A stretch of 64,000 nucleotides of DNA from Octopus vulgaris (GCA_951406725.2 OX597834.1:2480001-2544000), one strand, 5' to 3'. Positions 43,624 through 57,737 are shown, counted from the stretch's first letter. Numbers and translations: made by a program. The notes: a model not told the origin generated them from the letters alone.

Positions 43624-44148
43624 TTATGATCTTTCGTTATTTGAGATGGCTTTCTATACAATAGAGCGAATTCGTTCTTTTGTTTATGACAATACTTCCA
43701 TTGTCTGGTTTGAAATGTTGACATATTAGGCTGTTATCAATGGTTGTCGTCGTTTCATGTGCCAGTTCAATTTTTTTTCGCTGACCAGCTTCGTTATTTA
43801 TCTGTGTATCATTTTCCAAATCCCGTTCGTCTTAAGTTGGTTTTCTGAAGCTGTTTCTCTTTATTCTTTTCCCATTGATCTATTCAGTAATTATTCTCTC
43901 CTAGTTTATCATTTGTGTAATAATATTCTGTTTTGTTAAACTGTAGCGTATTTCACCACAATTTCTTTTATCGGTGTATTTCATATAAATCGTTGGTTCA
44001 AAGCTGTTCTGCGTCTGCCTGTTGATAACGCCGATCATATCCTGTTTGGCTAAAACCTATCGTTTAGTCGATTTCTGAAATCCTTGTTATTTTATATTTG
44101 AAGCCTCCAAATATTTTAATGCATTCCATGTAACGCTCTGAGTGTATC

Positions 44149-44196
<48 letters not shown>

Positions 44197-44579
44197 CGTG
44201 TGTGCGTATTTGTATGTACGTCTGTACGTGTTTGTTTGTGTGGGTTTATGTGTATGTATTTGTGAGTAGGCGCGTGCGCGTGTGTAAAGTACCTGTGTGT
44301 GTGTGTGTGTGTGTGTTTGAGGGTCCATAATACATCTGATGTCTCTAAGCTATCACTCCTTTCCGCCTGTTAATTCCTTTTGTTGTCCACTTGGTGCTGC
44401 CATTGTTATGTCTTTCTTCCTATTTCCGCTCCCCTTGTTGCGTCATCCCATGTTTTTCCCCCTATTTACCATTTCGGACCAGGTTCGTATCCACAATGGC
44501 CGGCACAATGATGATGATGGTGATGATGACACAATACACTTTCAAGCACTAAATGTCTTACAAGACATGGTCAACACCG

Positions 44580-44584
44580 CCACC

Positions 44585-44660
<76 letters not shown>

Positions 44661-44672
44661 TTACTACTACTG

Positions 44673-44708
<36 letters not shown>

Positions 44709-44730
44709 TTACTGCTGCTGCTACTACTAC

Positions 44731-44804
<74 letters not shown>

Positions 44805-45386
44805 AACTGTTGCTGCTACCGCTGTTGCTTGCGCTAAAGTACCTACGTCAACACCACAATTATTTGTAGTGCCACCATACCACCCCCGCAATCATCATCA
44901 TCACCACCACCACTACCAATACTACCACTATTGAGTTGTATATATGTTGTTACGTCCATACCACTACCAAACTACAACCGCTACTATTATTATCCTTTCA
45001 ACGATTAGCATTACATCATCACAATTACTACATCGGAAGTAGTATCACGGCTACCACCACCACCACCACCACCACCACCACCACCACAACTACTACCACC
45101 ACCACCACTACTACCACCACCACCACCACCACCACCACCACCACCACCACCACTACTACCACCACCACCACCACCACCACTACTACCACTACCACCACCA
45201 CCACCACCACACTACTACCACCACCACCACCACCACTACCACAACTACTACCACTACTACCACCACCACCACCACAACTACTACCACCACCACAACCTCC
45301 ACCACCACCACCACCACAACCTCCACCACCACCACCACCACAACCTCCACCACCACCACCATCACTACTTGCCGCCGCCGCCGCCG
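44580..45386. repeat. Trinucleotide field (CAC/TAC/TGC/GCC)n; similar fields at 12810-14110, 30886-31470, 46095-46300, 54328-55275
   Basis: Direct reading; explains the poly-T/P/V/A/L ORFs. Confidence 0.93.
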
Positions 45387-46554
45387 CAGGAGTGAAGTGC
45401 TGTTAAGGTAAAATGGAAGTGTACGGCCAATGGGGAAGGGATCGGGGACGGAGGGGAATATTAAATGGTGTGGTGGTGGCGGTGGGGAGAAGGGGGTTGG
45501 GGTTGCGAGTGTTGCATTGTGTGAGACAGTGTTTGTGTAGGATGAAGGTGAAGTCGGTGGATGCGAGATCGATACTGGGTGTGGGTAGGTGGAGCGAAGG
45601 GCCGAGAGAATATCGATCCGCGTACAGCAGACAGCTACTTTCTTCATATCTGACAGCTTTCTTCTGGTTTTTCACCGATACCGGTGGCGGCGGCGGTGGT
45701 GGTAGTGGAGGTAGTGATGGTGGTCGTCGTCGTCGTTGTGGTAATGAGGATGATGATGATGATGGTGAGGTAGTGGTGCTGGTAGTTGTGTGATGGAGTG
45801 ATAGTGGTGGTGTTAGTTGTGTTGGTGTGACTCTACTACGGTGGTGGTGGTGGTGGTAGTATGTTCATAGTGGTGATAGAGCGGTCGCAGTGTAGTTGTA
45901 GTGTGGTGTTAGTGGCGGCGGTGGCGTGCTCGTCATTTGGTGGTGTTTGTGATGATGGTAGTAGTGGTGTTGGAGTGATAGTGATTGATGGTAGTGGTGG
46001 TTTGTTCTGTTGCAAAACCAATGTTTATGTTGTCGTTGTTGCGTGGTGGAATCCGTGTCACCATACCTTATTGTGTTATGAATCTCTGAACACACCACCA
46101 CCACCACCACCACCACCATCATCATCAACACCTATACCGCCATTATCACCATCATCACTGCGGCCATCAAGGCATAAGCAATATTATTGTAATGACGATG
46201 ACCCGTCCCTCCACCACCACCACCAACCCACACAACCGCCGCCGCCACCGCCGCCGCCACCGCCGCCGCCACCACCACCACCACCACCACCGCCACCACC
46301 ATTACTATTAATAACATCACGAAGGAGCAAGCTTCATAATTTCATTCGAAGCCAGAAGAGTTCTTATGGCATGGCCACCACCCTCCCAGACCCCGGTCCA
46401 CCATTCAGTTCAATTCGACCGCATTTACACAGCTTCTGTCTCCTTAGAGTTGTTTCGGTGGGATGGAGGGTTGTTCCGAGGGCTGCAACAGAACGAACTT
46501 ACTGTGTCTCCTGTAATATCAAAACTACGCGATTGAAATGCGAACCTTTGAAAC

Positions 46555-46797
46555 CAGTGATTCTTAACCATTTTTACCAACGGATCCCGTTGATCCCTAT
46601 TTTGCTGAGATGAACCTTCATAGCCATTCGATGTCTAAAACCTCCCATTATATTTTTAGGATTAAATATTATTAGGAATTGTATAAAAACGTTGGTAGAA
46701 TATTTTGTGTATTGTAGAACTACAGCCAGTACATTGCATGCAACAAAATCGTATAAGGACCCTGAAGGGCCTTATGGGTTTCAGTTGAGAATCACTG
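46555..46797. mobile_element. hAT-like MITE
   Basis: TIR CAGTGATTCT(T/C)AAC at both ends; a related degraded copy lies at ~59345-59621. Confidence 0.7.
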
Positions 46798-47338
46798 TTT
46801 TTGCCCATTGAAGGGCAAGTGTAGTTTCACAGTTTCAGTAACTCATCCCTGCAAAGATGTTAAATCGTTAAATATTTTGCTGTAATATTTAGTTTCTGAT
46901 CGAGTCAGATGGGAAGCTGATGTAATTTACTTCTAGTGTGGGTATCGGATGTGCATCCGTTCTGCGTATTTCAGCATCTTGAGTCTCCGAAGGAAGTTGG
47001 TATTCAAGTGTGCGTGGGATAGAATCAGAGTCGGTCCCACCCTTGGTTGTGAGGTTTCCTTTCAACCGATTCTTTCAGGGTAAATATATTTTGGAGTTTA
47101 AATGAAGAACTCGTTAGGGTTGGGTTCTGCTCAATTCCGGGTAACGGCGGAAAAATTGAGGAATATCCGTGTCGAGACGGAGGGGTAGAGGGGTAGAATT
47201 GTTTCACATCATGGATTTTTCTTTAACCGTTTCTTACTAATTCCACTCAGGAAAGGAACAAGTCATTGAAGTTATAAAATACCAAAACATATAATATATA
47301 ATCTATACAAACAACACACACGTGTATATAAACAGCAA

Positions 47339-47375
<37 letters not shown>

Positions 47376-47734
47376 TACACACACACATGATTATGTGTAT
47401 CTTTCTGTATACACACAGGCCAAACGCGCGCACGCACACAGATATATATGAGTGTGTCTGTACACAAACACGCACGCACACACGTGTGGGGGCGCGAATG
47501 CATGTATATACATATTCGAATGTGTGTGTGTGTGTGCATGTGTATGCATGTACGAGTGTGTATATGTGCGTGTGTATGTGCGTGTGTTTGTGTGTGTATT
47601 CGTTTAAACTAAGGAGAAAGAGGAAAAGTAATAATTTATTTGAGAACAGTCAGTGGATGGAAATTGGGTCTGTTGAATTACTTAATAAAATAAGGTAAAG
47701 TGATACACACACACACACAAACACACGCGTACAT

Positions 47735-47792
<58 letters not shown>

Positions 47793-48046
47793 CAGTAAAA
47801 TGTGGCACGGGAAGACGACGAAGGAACGTACAGAAAACAGGTAAAACGTGCAAACGACGTACATCATCAGTTGTCCACCAAATATCATCACAATTTCGAC
47901 GCCTTATCGATAATACCGTTCAATTTGGTGGCGTCAACAGTAAAACGCTGCTTGGATATAAATAATTGAAGATGGGACCAGAATGAGAAAAGTACAAAAA
48001 GACGGGGTCTGTAGACAGAGGTGTAAAAAGGATGAGTGAAAACATA

Positions 48047-48081
<35 letters not shown>

Positions 48082-48175
48082 TGTATGTATGTATGTATGT
48101 ATGTATGTATGTATGTATGTATGTATGTATGTATGTATGTATGTATGTATGTATGTATATATATATTTATATATG

Positions 48176-48217
<42 letters not shown>

Positions 48218-48311
48218 TAGATAGATAGATAGATAGATACATACATACATACATATTTACTTTATTATTAAAACTGCAAAAATATCACAAAAACCCCCTT
48301 CACCATCAGCA

Positions 48312-48348
<37 letters not shown>

Positions 48349-48407
48349 CATATATATCTGTCCATTATTTCTCACTGACTATTTCTTTTTCTCACCTCCT
48401 CTGCTTT

Positions 48408-48441
48408 CTTTTGATGAGAGACTGACGTCCGAAACGTTGAG
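48408..48441 (+). ncRNA. Degenerate minimal hammerhead-like motif
   Basis: CUU-UUGAUGA-GA-GAC UGAC GUC-C-GAAAC-GUU-GAG. Confidence 0.48.
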
Positions 48442-49546
48442 TCATTTTCTTTTACCACTAAAGTTAATAACTATTTTGCCAAACCTTCTTCGTCTTATAT
48501 TGTCCATTTTACTGTCTTTGCATAATTTCCATGCGCAGATATCATCAATGTATACATATTTACAGATTCCGTACAATGGATTAAAGATTATAAAATATAT
48601 TCATACCTGCCTCTATCACCCACCCATAACTGAATACATATGTTCATACTTGCCTGTTTGCCTGCCTGTTTGCCTGCCTGATCCCCTCCCTCCCTCCATA
48701 CCTACCTACCTACCTACCTACCTACCTACCTACCTACCTACCTACCTACCTACCTACCTACATATATACATACATACATACATACATATCAGTCTGTGTC
48801 TTTTTCTCTCGATGTGCGTGTGAGCGTGTGTGTGATATATCTCTCGATATGTATGTATGTACATGCATCAATCTATATATATCCCCATATATATATTTAT
48901 CAATCTATATCTGTTTCTATAGACTGGATTTTCGAGAAATGGGAGATGAATCTAAACTTTTGGTGATTAATCTCAAAGTTTATAATTAACATTGGATAAT
49001 AAGAATTTATGATTAAGTACTTAAGAATTTAACAAGAAGAAGAAGAAAAAGGAGGAGGCAGAGGAGGAGGAGAAGAAGAAGAAGAAGAAGAAGAAGAAGA
49101 AGAAGAAGAAGAAGGAGGAGGAGAAGAAGAAGAAGAAGAAGAAGAAGAAGAAGAAGAAGAAGAAGAAGAAGAAGAAGAAGAAGAAGAAGAAGGCAATAAA
49201 GGGTTTCGAAAAATATAAGGAAAATTAAGGGTTGCTTGTATGATTGGGTGATGTACATGACTGGGGTGGAACATAGGATAGGGGTAGATGGAGGAATAAA
49301 GGATGACTATATTGGTAAATACGTAAAGGTGAATAGAAATTCCTATTAAAATATAAATAGTTATTGTTATCTGAAGGTTCTTATCACAGACTGATAACAA
49401 TAAGCAGATCCCATCGTACATATGATTATGTATGCATGTATGTATGTATGTATGTATGTATGTATGTATGTATGTATGTATGTACGTACGTACGTATATA
49501 TAAGTGTATATGGGTATGTGCATACACACACACACACATACTAATA

Positions 49547-49800
49547 GTTTTTAAATTTTGGCACAAGGCCAGCAATTTTGCGGGAGGGGTAAATCGATTA
49601 CATCAATCCCGCTGCTCGCCTGGTTCTTATTTTATCGACCTCGAAAGGATGAAAGCAAAGTTCAAATTTGGCCGAGGTTGAATTCGCCTTTCATCCTTTC
49701 GGGGTCGATAAATTAAGTACCTGTTGAGCACTGGGGTCGATGTAATGGACTATCCCCCTCCCCACCAAATTTCAGACCTTGTGCTTACAGTAGGAAAGAT
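49547..49800. mobile_element. Head-to-head inverted pair of family A SINE bodies
   Basis: Minus-strand body 49547-49662 fused to plus-strand body 49659-49800. Confidence 0.82.
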
Positions 49801-49802
49801 TA

Positions 49803-49870
<68 letters not shown>

Positions 49871-50070
49871 GTTTTTGTTGTTGTTGAGAGACCAGTGGAT
49901 GCTATCAAAGTGAGACGGGGGTAGAATATACGAAGCCCAATATACGCATCATGACTGATAAGGGTACAGTTTTTTGTAATGAAGTAATGTTCTCATTCAT
50001 CTATTTAAAAATGCGTAAGAAACAGCTGTAAGGAGCTGATAATTATCCATCTTCTGTTATTATTCACGTG

Positions 50071-50152
<82 letters not shown>

Positions 50153-50235
50153 ATTCACGAAAAAACAAAAGACGAAGACAGGTGGTGTAGAAAACAAATA
50201 GATGTATTAGTATAACGCTCGGCAATTGAAAAAGT

Positions 50236-50271
50236 ATTTTACATTTCGAGCCTACGCTCTTCCACAGAAAG
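50236..50271 (-). ncRNA. Degenerate minimal hammerhead-like motif
   Basis: Minus strand CUUU-CUGUGGA-A-GAGC GUAG GCUC-GAAAU-GUA-AAAU, inside a ~150-bp insert homologous to 28680-28825. Confidence 0.42.
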
Positions 50272-50424
50272 AAACAAGGAGACAAAAAATGTGTGTAGTG
50301 GCTACCGTGTGTGTGTGTGTGTGTGTTTAATTAGTTTGAAGCTAGAGATATTTCTTTAATAATACCCTGAGGTTGATAATGTTTTGCTTCGTTCGTTGTG
50401 TTCCTATTTGATACGCTTTATATA

Positions 50425-52040
50425 ATAACTTAGATATGTTTCGACCAAAGATTGGTCCAGGCCATGTCTAACTTAATAGCATCACCTGATAGGATTGGCT
50501 AAATTCTTTTTAAGTCAAGTTTTGTGGCTTCATGGTCCATTCGAGTGGGGAGTTCTTGTTGAGTGGGTTGTATGCAGGTATGGGTGGCTTATCTAGTATT
50601 CCTTGAAGAAATTAGTCCAGATTCCGTTTAAAGGTGATGGGATCCTTTTCCTCTTTGATCAGTTTTGGGACAATGTTAAATAGGGCAGGGCCTGTTGAGG
50701 AAAAGAAATTGTGTTACAGTGTATTTATGTGTGTGATCCTGAATTGGGTAGGGGACGCATGGCCCGTGGTCCTAGCCTTGGATGAATTTTGAAGCTAATG
50801 TTGAAGTCGTTTGAGCAATGCTGGTGGTATATTCTCCACATCGCGCAAATGATGTCTCGCTCACGGCGGCGCTGGAGAAAATAAGGTTTCAATGCTTTAA
50901 GGTGGTCCCAATAATCGAGATCAGTCATGCCATTAATTCTTTTAGTGAATGACCTCTGGAGTGATTCAATTTTCTAAATGTTTTGTTTTGTATTAGGAGA
51001 CCACAGGGGGCAGCAGTATTCGAGGTGTGGCCGTACAAAGGAAGAGAAAAGAGGAATGATGACACCTTGTTATCTGGACCAGAAGGTTCTTAGGATCCAG
51101 GAGACCATCCTACGAGCTATATCGACCTCAATGTTGATTAGGGCACTCCAACTGAGATTGTTATCAACAGTTACTCCTAGGTTTCCTGTATTGTTAGATG
51201 CTGTGAGAGGTTCCCCTGAAGGAAAAGAGTATCACTGATTTAGCATAGTTTTTTTTTTTCCAAATTGCTTCAGCTCAAATTTTCCCTCGTTCAGTTGCAT
51301 TTTGTTTTTGTCTACCCATTGTTTCACAGCATAGAGATCAGACTGGAGGTCAGTTCGGTCTTCTTCTTCATTGATAATTTTCTGGAGTTTAAGAGTCATC
51401 AGCGAATATTTTCACTTTGCTGTGTTTTATCACGCTGGAAAGGTCGTTTATGTTGACTATAAAGAGACGGTACCTGAGGGACACTACTGGTGACTTTTGC
51501 TGGGCTGAAGTGGATTCCATCGATCACAACATATTGTGTTCTGTTCTCCAGGAAATACTCAATCCAGTGTAGTAGATTTCCACGGATTCCAACATTTGAC
51601 AATTTGGACTAGGATATTATGGTTGACTCTGTCGAACGCTTTACTGAAATCAAGACATATGACATGAGAGTTCGAACCTGATATCATCGATGTGGTGTAA
51701 GAGCTGTGTTAGACAGTCCCTGCCGCAGCGAAAGCCATGCTGGTTTGAATTTAGGAGATTGTGACTCTCCAGGAAGCCAGCTATCCTTGATCTCATCACC
51801 CTTTCAAACACTTTAATGATATGGCAGATTAGATGATAGTTGATTGCGAGGGATCTGTTTCCCTGTTTGAAAACCGGGATGGCAGACTGGGATAAGAATT
51901 GTTTCGGTATACAACCTGGGTCGAGGGAATTTCTCCAGATGTTGGTTCGAGGGACTGCAAGTTAGTGTCGACATTCCTTCAGGAGACTGGCGGGGAATCT
52001 ATCAGGGCCTGGAAATATTTTCTTGCCATCCTCAGAAAAG
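50425..52040 (-). mobile_element. CR1/L2-clade LINE fragment (RT to 3' end)
   Basis: NQHGFRCGRDCLTQL, GIRGNLLHWIEYFLENRTQYVVIDG..SSVPQ, RPHLEYCCPLWSP, DLDYWDHLKALK..LQRRRERD; terminal stem-loop at 50430-50471. Confidence 0.88.
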
Positions 52041-52074
52041 TTTTTTCTCTGCATAATATATACTTACATATGTG

Positions 52075-52146
<72 letters not shown>

Positions 52147-52269
52147 CGGAAAGTTGCGTCTTTGGATGTGCAAACATTTATCTTTTTAACATAAAGAGTG
52201 AATCGGAAAAATTAAATAATCGCTTTGGTTTATCCAAACTTTTAAATGTGCGATGAGTTGATAGAAGGG

Positions 52270-52465
52270 TAAGTAGGGGCGAAATGCTCAGCGGCCTTTA
52301 TTCTGCCTTTGTGTTCTGAATTCAAATTCGGCTGAGGTCGACTCTGCTTTCATCCTTTCAGGGCCGATAAAATAAGTTCCATTTGATCGCTGGCTTTGAC
52401 GAAGTCGACTTACCCACCCGCTTCCCAAACAATTTCAGACCGTGTGCCATTAGTAGAAAAGATTA
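52270..52465 (+). mobile_element. Family A SINE
   Basis: GGGCGAAATGCTCAGCGG..TTCAAATTCGGCTGAGGTCGACTCTGCTTTCATCCTTTC. Confidence 0.8.
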
Positions 52466-52489
52466 ACTTGATTAAGGAACTGAAGAGTC

Positions 52490-53480
52490 ATTGTCGTTTT
52501 AAGGAAATTCAACACTTGGACAAAAGTGCAATTTTTGAAGAAATAGGGGTTCATAGAACCTCTAGTTTAGAGAAGAAAAATACGCAGCAAACTTCAAGGT
52601 TCTTGTGAGAGGAAAATACCCGCCACCCATTTGTAAACGACTCCTAAAACCCTTGAGATTTTAAGCGTTATGCTGGGTTAAACCTATCTATGAGCTTATT
52701 CAAATAAGAAGTCTTGGCTGGTTCTAAAGCTGTTCCATGCTTGCTTTAAAAGTTTCGTTTTGCTTCGGTGTAGAAACGGACGGTGTCAAGGGTAATATTT
52801 CCAGCATGACATTCCTCCTTTCAGACGAGGCAACAAATCCCTTTTGTGCTTCATTGGTCTTTTTGATCACGTGGAGTGTGAAATATGTCCCAAAAGAGTG
52901 CAACTTCTTTACTACAACCAATGGATTAAGATGTGATAGATAACTTCAAGGTATATGCTCTGAGAAAGACTTTGAAGCAATTCGATACGGCTGTAGTTAG
53001 AGACTCTGGAAAAAGTTCAACGTTTACAGATCCTTTGGATAACTGTGGAAACCTTCAGGTATGAACAGAGTTTGGAGAAACGGACGGCGAAACTGTATCA
53101 GCGATTTTACACGTTTCCCAACAGCAGAAAATGTGCATCAAGCAAGAAATGGTGACACTGGAAAATGACGAAGGGTTTGAACAAGTCGTAGATGATGTCG
53201 TTGAGTTTCTTGGGCCCCGTCGAGTGAAGATGGTTGACGAGGAGTTGATAATGATATTACAAGAACCACGATATGGAAGCGCCACCTACCACTAAAGGGT
53301 TTGGCCCTTATTGGAGAAAGCTCTACAAGGGTTTGTTGATAATCATCCTAATCATGAATCTAATATAAAAACTTATAAAGTAGAATTTATTATGAGTTGT
53401 GTTCTTACACTGAGCTGTGCGTCAAACAGATATCGATAAGTTCTTGCGGCAGATATTGAAGATGATGATGATAATCAGCA
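52490..53480 (+). mobile_element. Degraded pogo/Tigger-type DDE transposase
   Basis: SNKKSW, TSLLQPMD*DVIDNFKVYALRKTL, WKKFNV, GFEQVVDDVVEFL match the pogo DDE_1 pattern. Confidence 0.72.
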
Positions 53481-53822
53481 AGACAGAACCTAGTGCCTCT
53501 TCCAGTGACTACCTTGGAACCACCTGCCAATAATAGTTAACGTTTTGGAGATGTGATTACGTAAGCCAGTATGATGTTAATATACACTTATATATAGACC
53601 GGGATTTGCTATTGAATAAATAAATAAAGAAGTAAATAAATAAGTATAAATAAGTAAATAAATAAGTAAATAAATAGCTGTTGTATTTATGGATGTTTCA
53701 AGAATTAATATTTCAGTCCATAAATATGATTAGATAACATTTTTTTAATCTTTGGGAGAAAAAAATTTGATTAGCAGAAACATATCTCCATAATATATCC
53801 ATACACATACACACATATATAT

Positions 53823-53892
<70 letters not shown>

Positions 53893-54119
53893 CATACACA
53901 TGCATATATATATATTATACATACATATATATATATATATATGCATATGTTTGTATGTAGTATGTATGCATGCATATATGTATGTATATATATATGTGTG
54001 TATATATTTAGAATTAAAGGCAAAAGGTTAACAGGAGAAATTTTATATATATATATGTTTACATACACACATATACACATATGTGAGTGTGCGTGTATAT
54101 ATATATATATATATATATA

Positions 54120-54170
<51 letters not shown>

Positions 54171-54204
54171 GCATTATGTATACCAGTTTTACTATGTGCA
54201 TGTG

Positions 54205-54247
<43 letters not shown>

Positions 54248-54819
54248 CACACACACACACACACACATATGGTGGCTGTAAGTTTAACAGTTAAGTGCAC
54301 CCCCACAATTTGCAGATCTCAATTTAACACCGCCACCGCCGCCACCACCGCCGCCACCACCACCACCTTAGTCACAACTTCCACCACCGACACCACCACC
54401 ACCACCACCACCACCAACACAACTACAATCACCGCTGCATCCATTTCCCTACCCCCACCCCCCGCCGGATCCCTCCCACCACTATTATCAGCACCGCCAC
54501 TCCCTCCCCCCTCCCCCCCCACCCCCGCTCACCATTTATCGGCAGCAGAAGCAACAGAGTCTGCCAGCAACCTACTGCAACAGCAGCAGCAGCAGCAGTT
54601 GGGTTGCCCCCACCCCAGGCCTCCACCCTCCACCACCGTCAACATCAGCAGCCAACCTCCACCCCCCACCACCGACACTAATGCTGGTGGTGGTGGTGGC
54701 GGTGGTAGTGTGGGCGGCGTGTTGTTATTTTTTTATTTTATTTCATCTACTTTCAGCTCACGAGCTGTGGCCATGCTGGGGCACCGCCATTTGTTGTTAT
54801 TATTTGTTGTTGTTATTGT

Positions 54820-55015
54820 TGTTTAGCCCCAGGGTGGCCTCGATCCAGTATGACCTAACATCAAAAATATTTCCAGCCGTGACCATCCCGCTTTGTTGAT
54901 TGAAACATACGATCATATAACACAACGCTTCCTTTTGCAAGTCGGCCGCGCGTGTGTGTGTGTGACTGGGGGGGGGGGGGAGATTTAGTTACTATTTCTA
55001 GCATATCGAGAGGTC
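54820..55015. repeat. Dispersed repeat family E (relatives ~5640-5760, 15130-15420, 16570-16745, 39555-39740, 63185-63375)
   Basis: Shared TGTTTAGCCCCAGG..CATTCCAGCC.TGACCATCC..GATTTGGCTG.TATTTCTAGC blocks. Confidence 0.6.
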
Positions 55016-55696
55016 ACTTACAGGCTCCTCCGTCGGCACACGCCGCTGATGGTTGTAGTGGTGGTGGTGGTGGTGGTGGTGGTGGCGATGATGTAGTCTG
55101 CGCCGCTGCTGGCGGTGGTGTTGCTTCTGTTGAGGCTGTTGGTGCTGGGGATGATGATGATGATGATGATGATGGTGCTTACTGCTGGTGGTGGTGGTGG
55201 TGGTGGTGAGCGAAGTGCTGCTCCTGCTGCTGCTGCTGCTGTGGCTCCTGCTGCTACCATCGTCGTCGTCGTCGTGGCAGCCGGTTTACGTGAGCCTCGT
55301 CAGTCGGTGTTCGAAGGTGGAGGACAGCAGAAGGGAACCATAACATTCGTTCAAATCCCCTTCTGTTCATCTCGTCTCTCCAGCCCCCTCCTCCTTTTTA
55401 TGTATACACAACACACAACACACACCACACAACGTATATACACACTTTTACCTGGAGCCACAAACAACCACACACATATATAATACATTTATATATAATT
55501 GGGGCCACATATTTACGCACAAAACAGACTTCTGTGTTTGCAAAAAGATCTTTGACTTTATAATACAGGTACGTTTGAAATACACACGCACGTGCACACG
55601 TTATACACGCAGAAACAACACACACGCAAGTTGGTATATGCAGATATTCTTATATATACACTTGTAAATATACGTTTGCTAAGTTCTACTTATCTG

Positions 55697-55818
<122 letters not shown>

Positions 55819-56721
55819 CATTTGTCTATCTATAAATACATATATACTTTATACATATATGTATACATAGACATATGTAAAAAAAGTAATTTAAATGGAT
55901 CTCAGTCGCTTTCGACGCTGAGTAAATCCAGTTGTTCGATCAAGTTGATTACCAATTTCTGTTATTGTGTAAGTGGTTGAGTACTTCGCAGACATTAATA
56001 ACCTTATCGTAGCCCTCAGATAGAATCATCTGAACACAGAGTGACAAAGGCTGGCCTTTTCACTCATACACATACATATATATAGATAGATAGCCATACA
56101 CGCATATAGATAGACAGATACATAGAAACACACTGGCACACACACACACACGTGCGCATATAGTTAGATATAAACACACACACACAAATACACACACACA
56201 GATATACTTTTCACCTTTCTAGCACACACACACACACTATATGTAGACCACGTTGACCTTGTAATTGCGATAACAACAACAACAACAACAGGAATTGCAA
56301 GAACTGAAGCAACAGCAGGAAGAAGAACTGCAGCAGTTTGGAGTGGAAGCAACACATTGCAGCCTCAGCAACATCAACAACAACAACTGCAGCAGCAGCG
56401 TAACAAAAAAAAAAAAAGAAAAAGCAGAAGTGGCGGTAGTAGCAACGGTAGAGGCAAGAATAAGCGCCACAACATCATCGTAGAATAAAAGAAAAGAATA
56501 AAAAGGTTTGCAGAAGAGAAAAGAAAGAGAAAAGAAGAAGGCAAACTTCCCATCATTAACAACAACTACTGCAATCACCACCACCACCACCACCACCACT
56601 ACCACCACTACCACCACCACCACCACCACCACCACCACCGCTACTACTTCACTGCGGTTAATAACAATAATAATCATAATAATTCCTTATTTTCTATTTC
56701 TCACGATATATAAATATAAAA

Positions 56722-56767
<46 letters not shown>

Positions 56768-57037
56768 ATATATATATAATATATTGAACTTGTAAAACGA
56801 CGTCTCTTATATATATATATATATATATACACACACAATAGGTGTATATATTTATGTAAAGTAAACAGTCGTACCGACAACAATAACAACGAGAACGAGG
56901 ATCAACTCTAACTTTAAACACGGAACAAGAACGAACTTCGAACTACGGAGGTGAAGCGTGAAACGTGTGTTAGTAGTGGTGGTCCCTTGCTAGGCGCGCG
57001 TGTGTATATATATAGATATATATATAGATATATATAT

Positions 57038-57074
<37 letters not shown>

Positions 57075-57264
57075 CGATTTGAGGAAGAGAAGATCGAATT
57101 CTGGTTTGTCAAACTGAAAAGTTGAAAGTTCGACGAACTTTTAATATCAACAATACCGACAACAAAAAGGTAGCGAGGAAACCTCGACGTGGTCGCTGGT
57201 CTTTGCTAGAAAAAGTAAAAAAGACTCACTCAAACACACAAATATATATATACACATGCTCTTT

Positions 57265-57296
<32 letters not shown>

Positions 57297-57501
57297 AACA
57301 CGTACCCCGACACACCTTAATGTCTTTGTAAAACACACACGCAAAAAGAAAAGAGGAAAACCATAAGAGAAACAAGGACACGTTAGGTAACGGAGTCCTA
57401 GGTACACTGTGCCTGAATCTCGGAAAGAAAAAAAAAGAAAGACGGACGCAAAAGGACGGTTGCGGCTGGCTGGAACCGTCTACCTTGGATACCAAACTCA
57501 C

Positions 57502-57578
57502 CTGTGGCTGAACATCAACGACCCGATTAGCGAAAGCATCGCCACCCGTATATATATGAAGACAGGGCTGGAGTACAT
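57502..57578 (-). CDS. Candidate first coding exon segment (exon 57619-57502) encoding a signal-peptide-like N-terminus, MYSSPVFIYIRVAMLSLIGSLMFSH(S/R)
   Basis: Minus strand: acceptor TTTTTTTTTTCCTTTCTGTTTTAAG|G at 57620/57619, stops in all three frames before the ATG at 57578, 77 coding nt, donor CAG|GTGAGT at 57502/57501 (phase 2). Lies in unique, CpG-containing sequence. Too short for the ORF track. Confidence 0.45.
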
Positions 57579-57737
57579 GTGGTGTGTTTTACAAAAGGAC
57601 TATTTTCTCAAGAGAGACCCTTAAAACAGAAAGGAAAAAAAAAATCCCACAAAAACCTGTTCAAACAGGTGAGAGACGCCCTTTTTGTTTTCGTTCGCTT
57701 TGTTGTATTTTTATTTATTATTTACCTTTAAATATTT

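Noticed and set aside
46497-46530. Possible 8-nt minus-strand microexon (ACAG|GAGACACA|GTAAGT)
   Set aside because: Weak polypyrimidine tract; such matches are expected by chance in 64 kb.
54269-54826. 185-aa Pro/Gln/Thr-rich ORF resembling a transcription-factor region
   Set aside because: Built from CAC/CCC/CAG runs, ends in repeat families B and E, and has no recognisable domain or clear splice sites.
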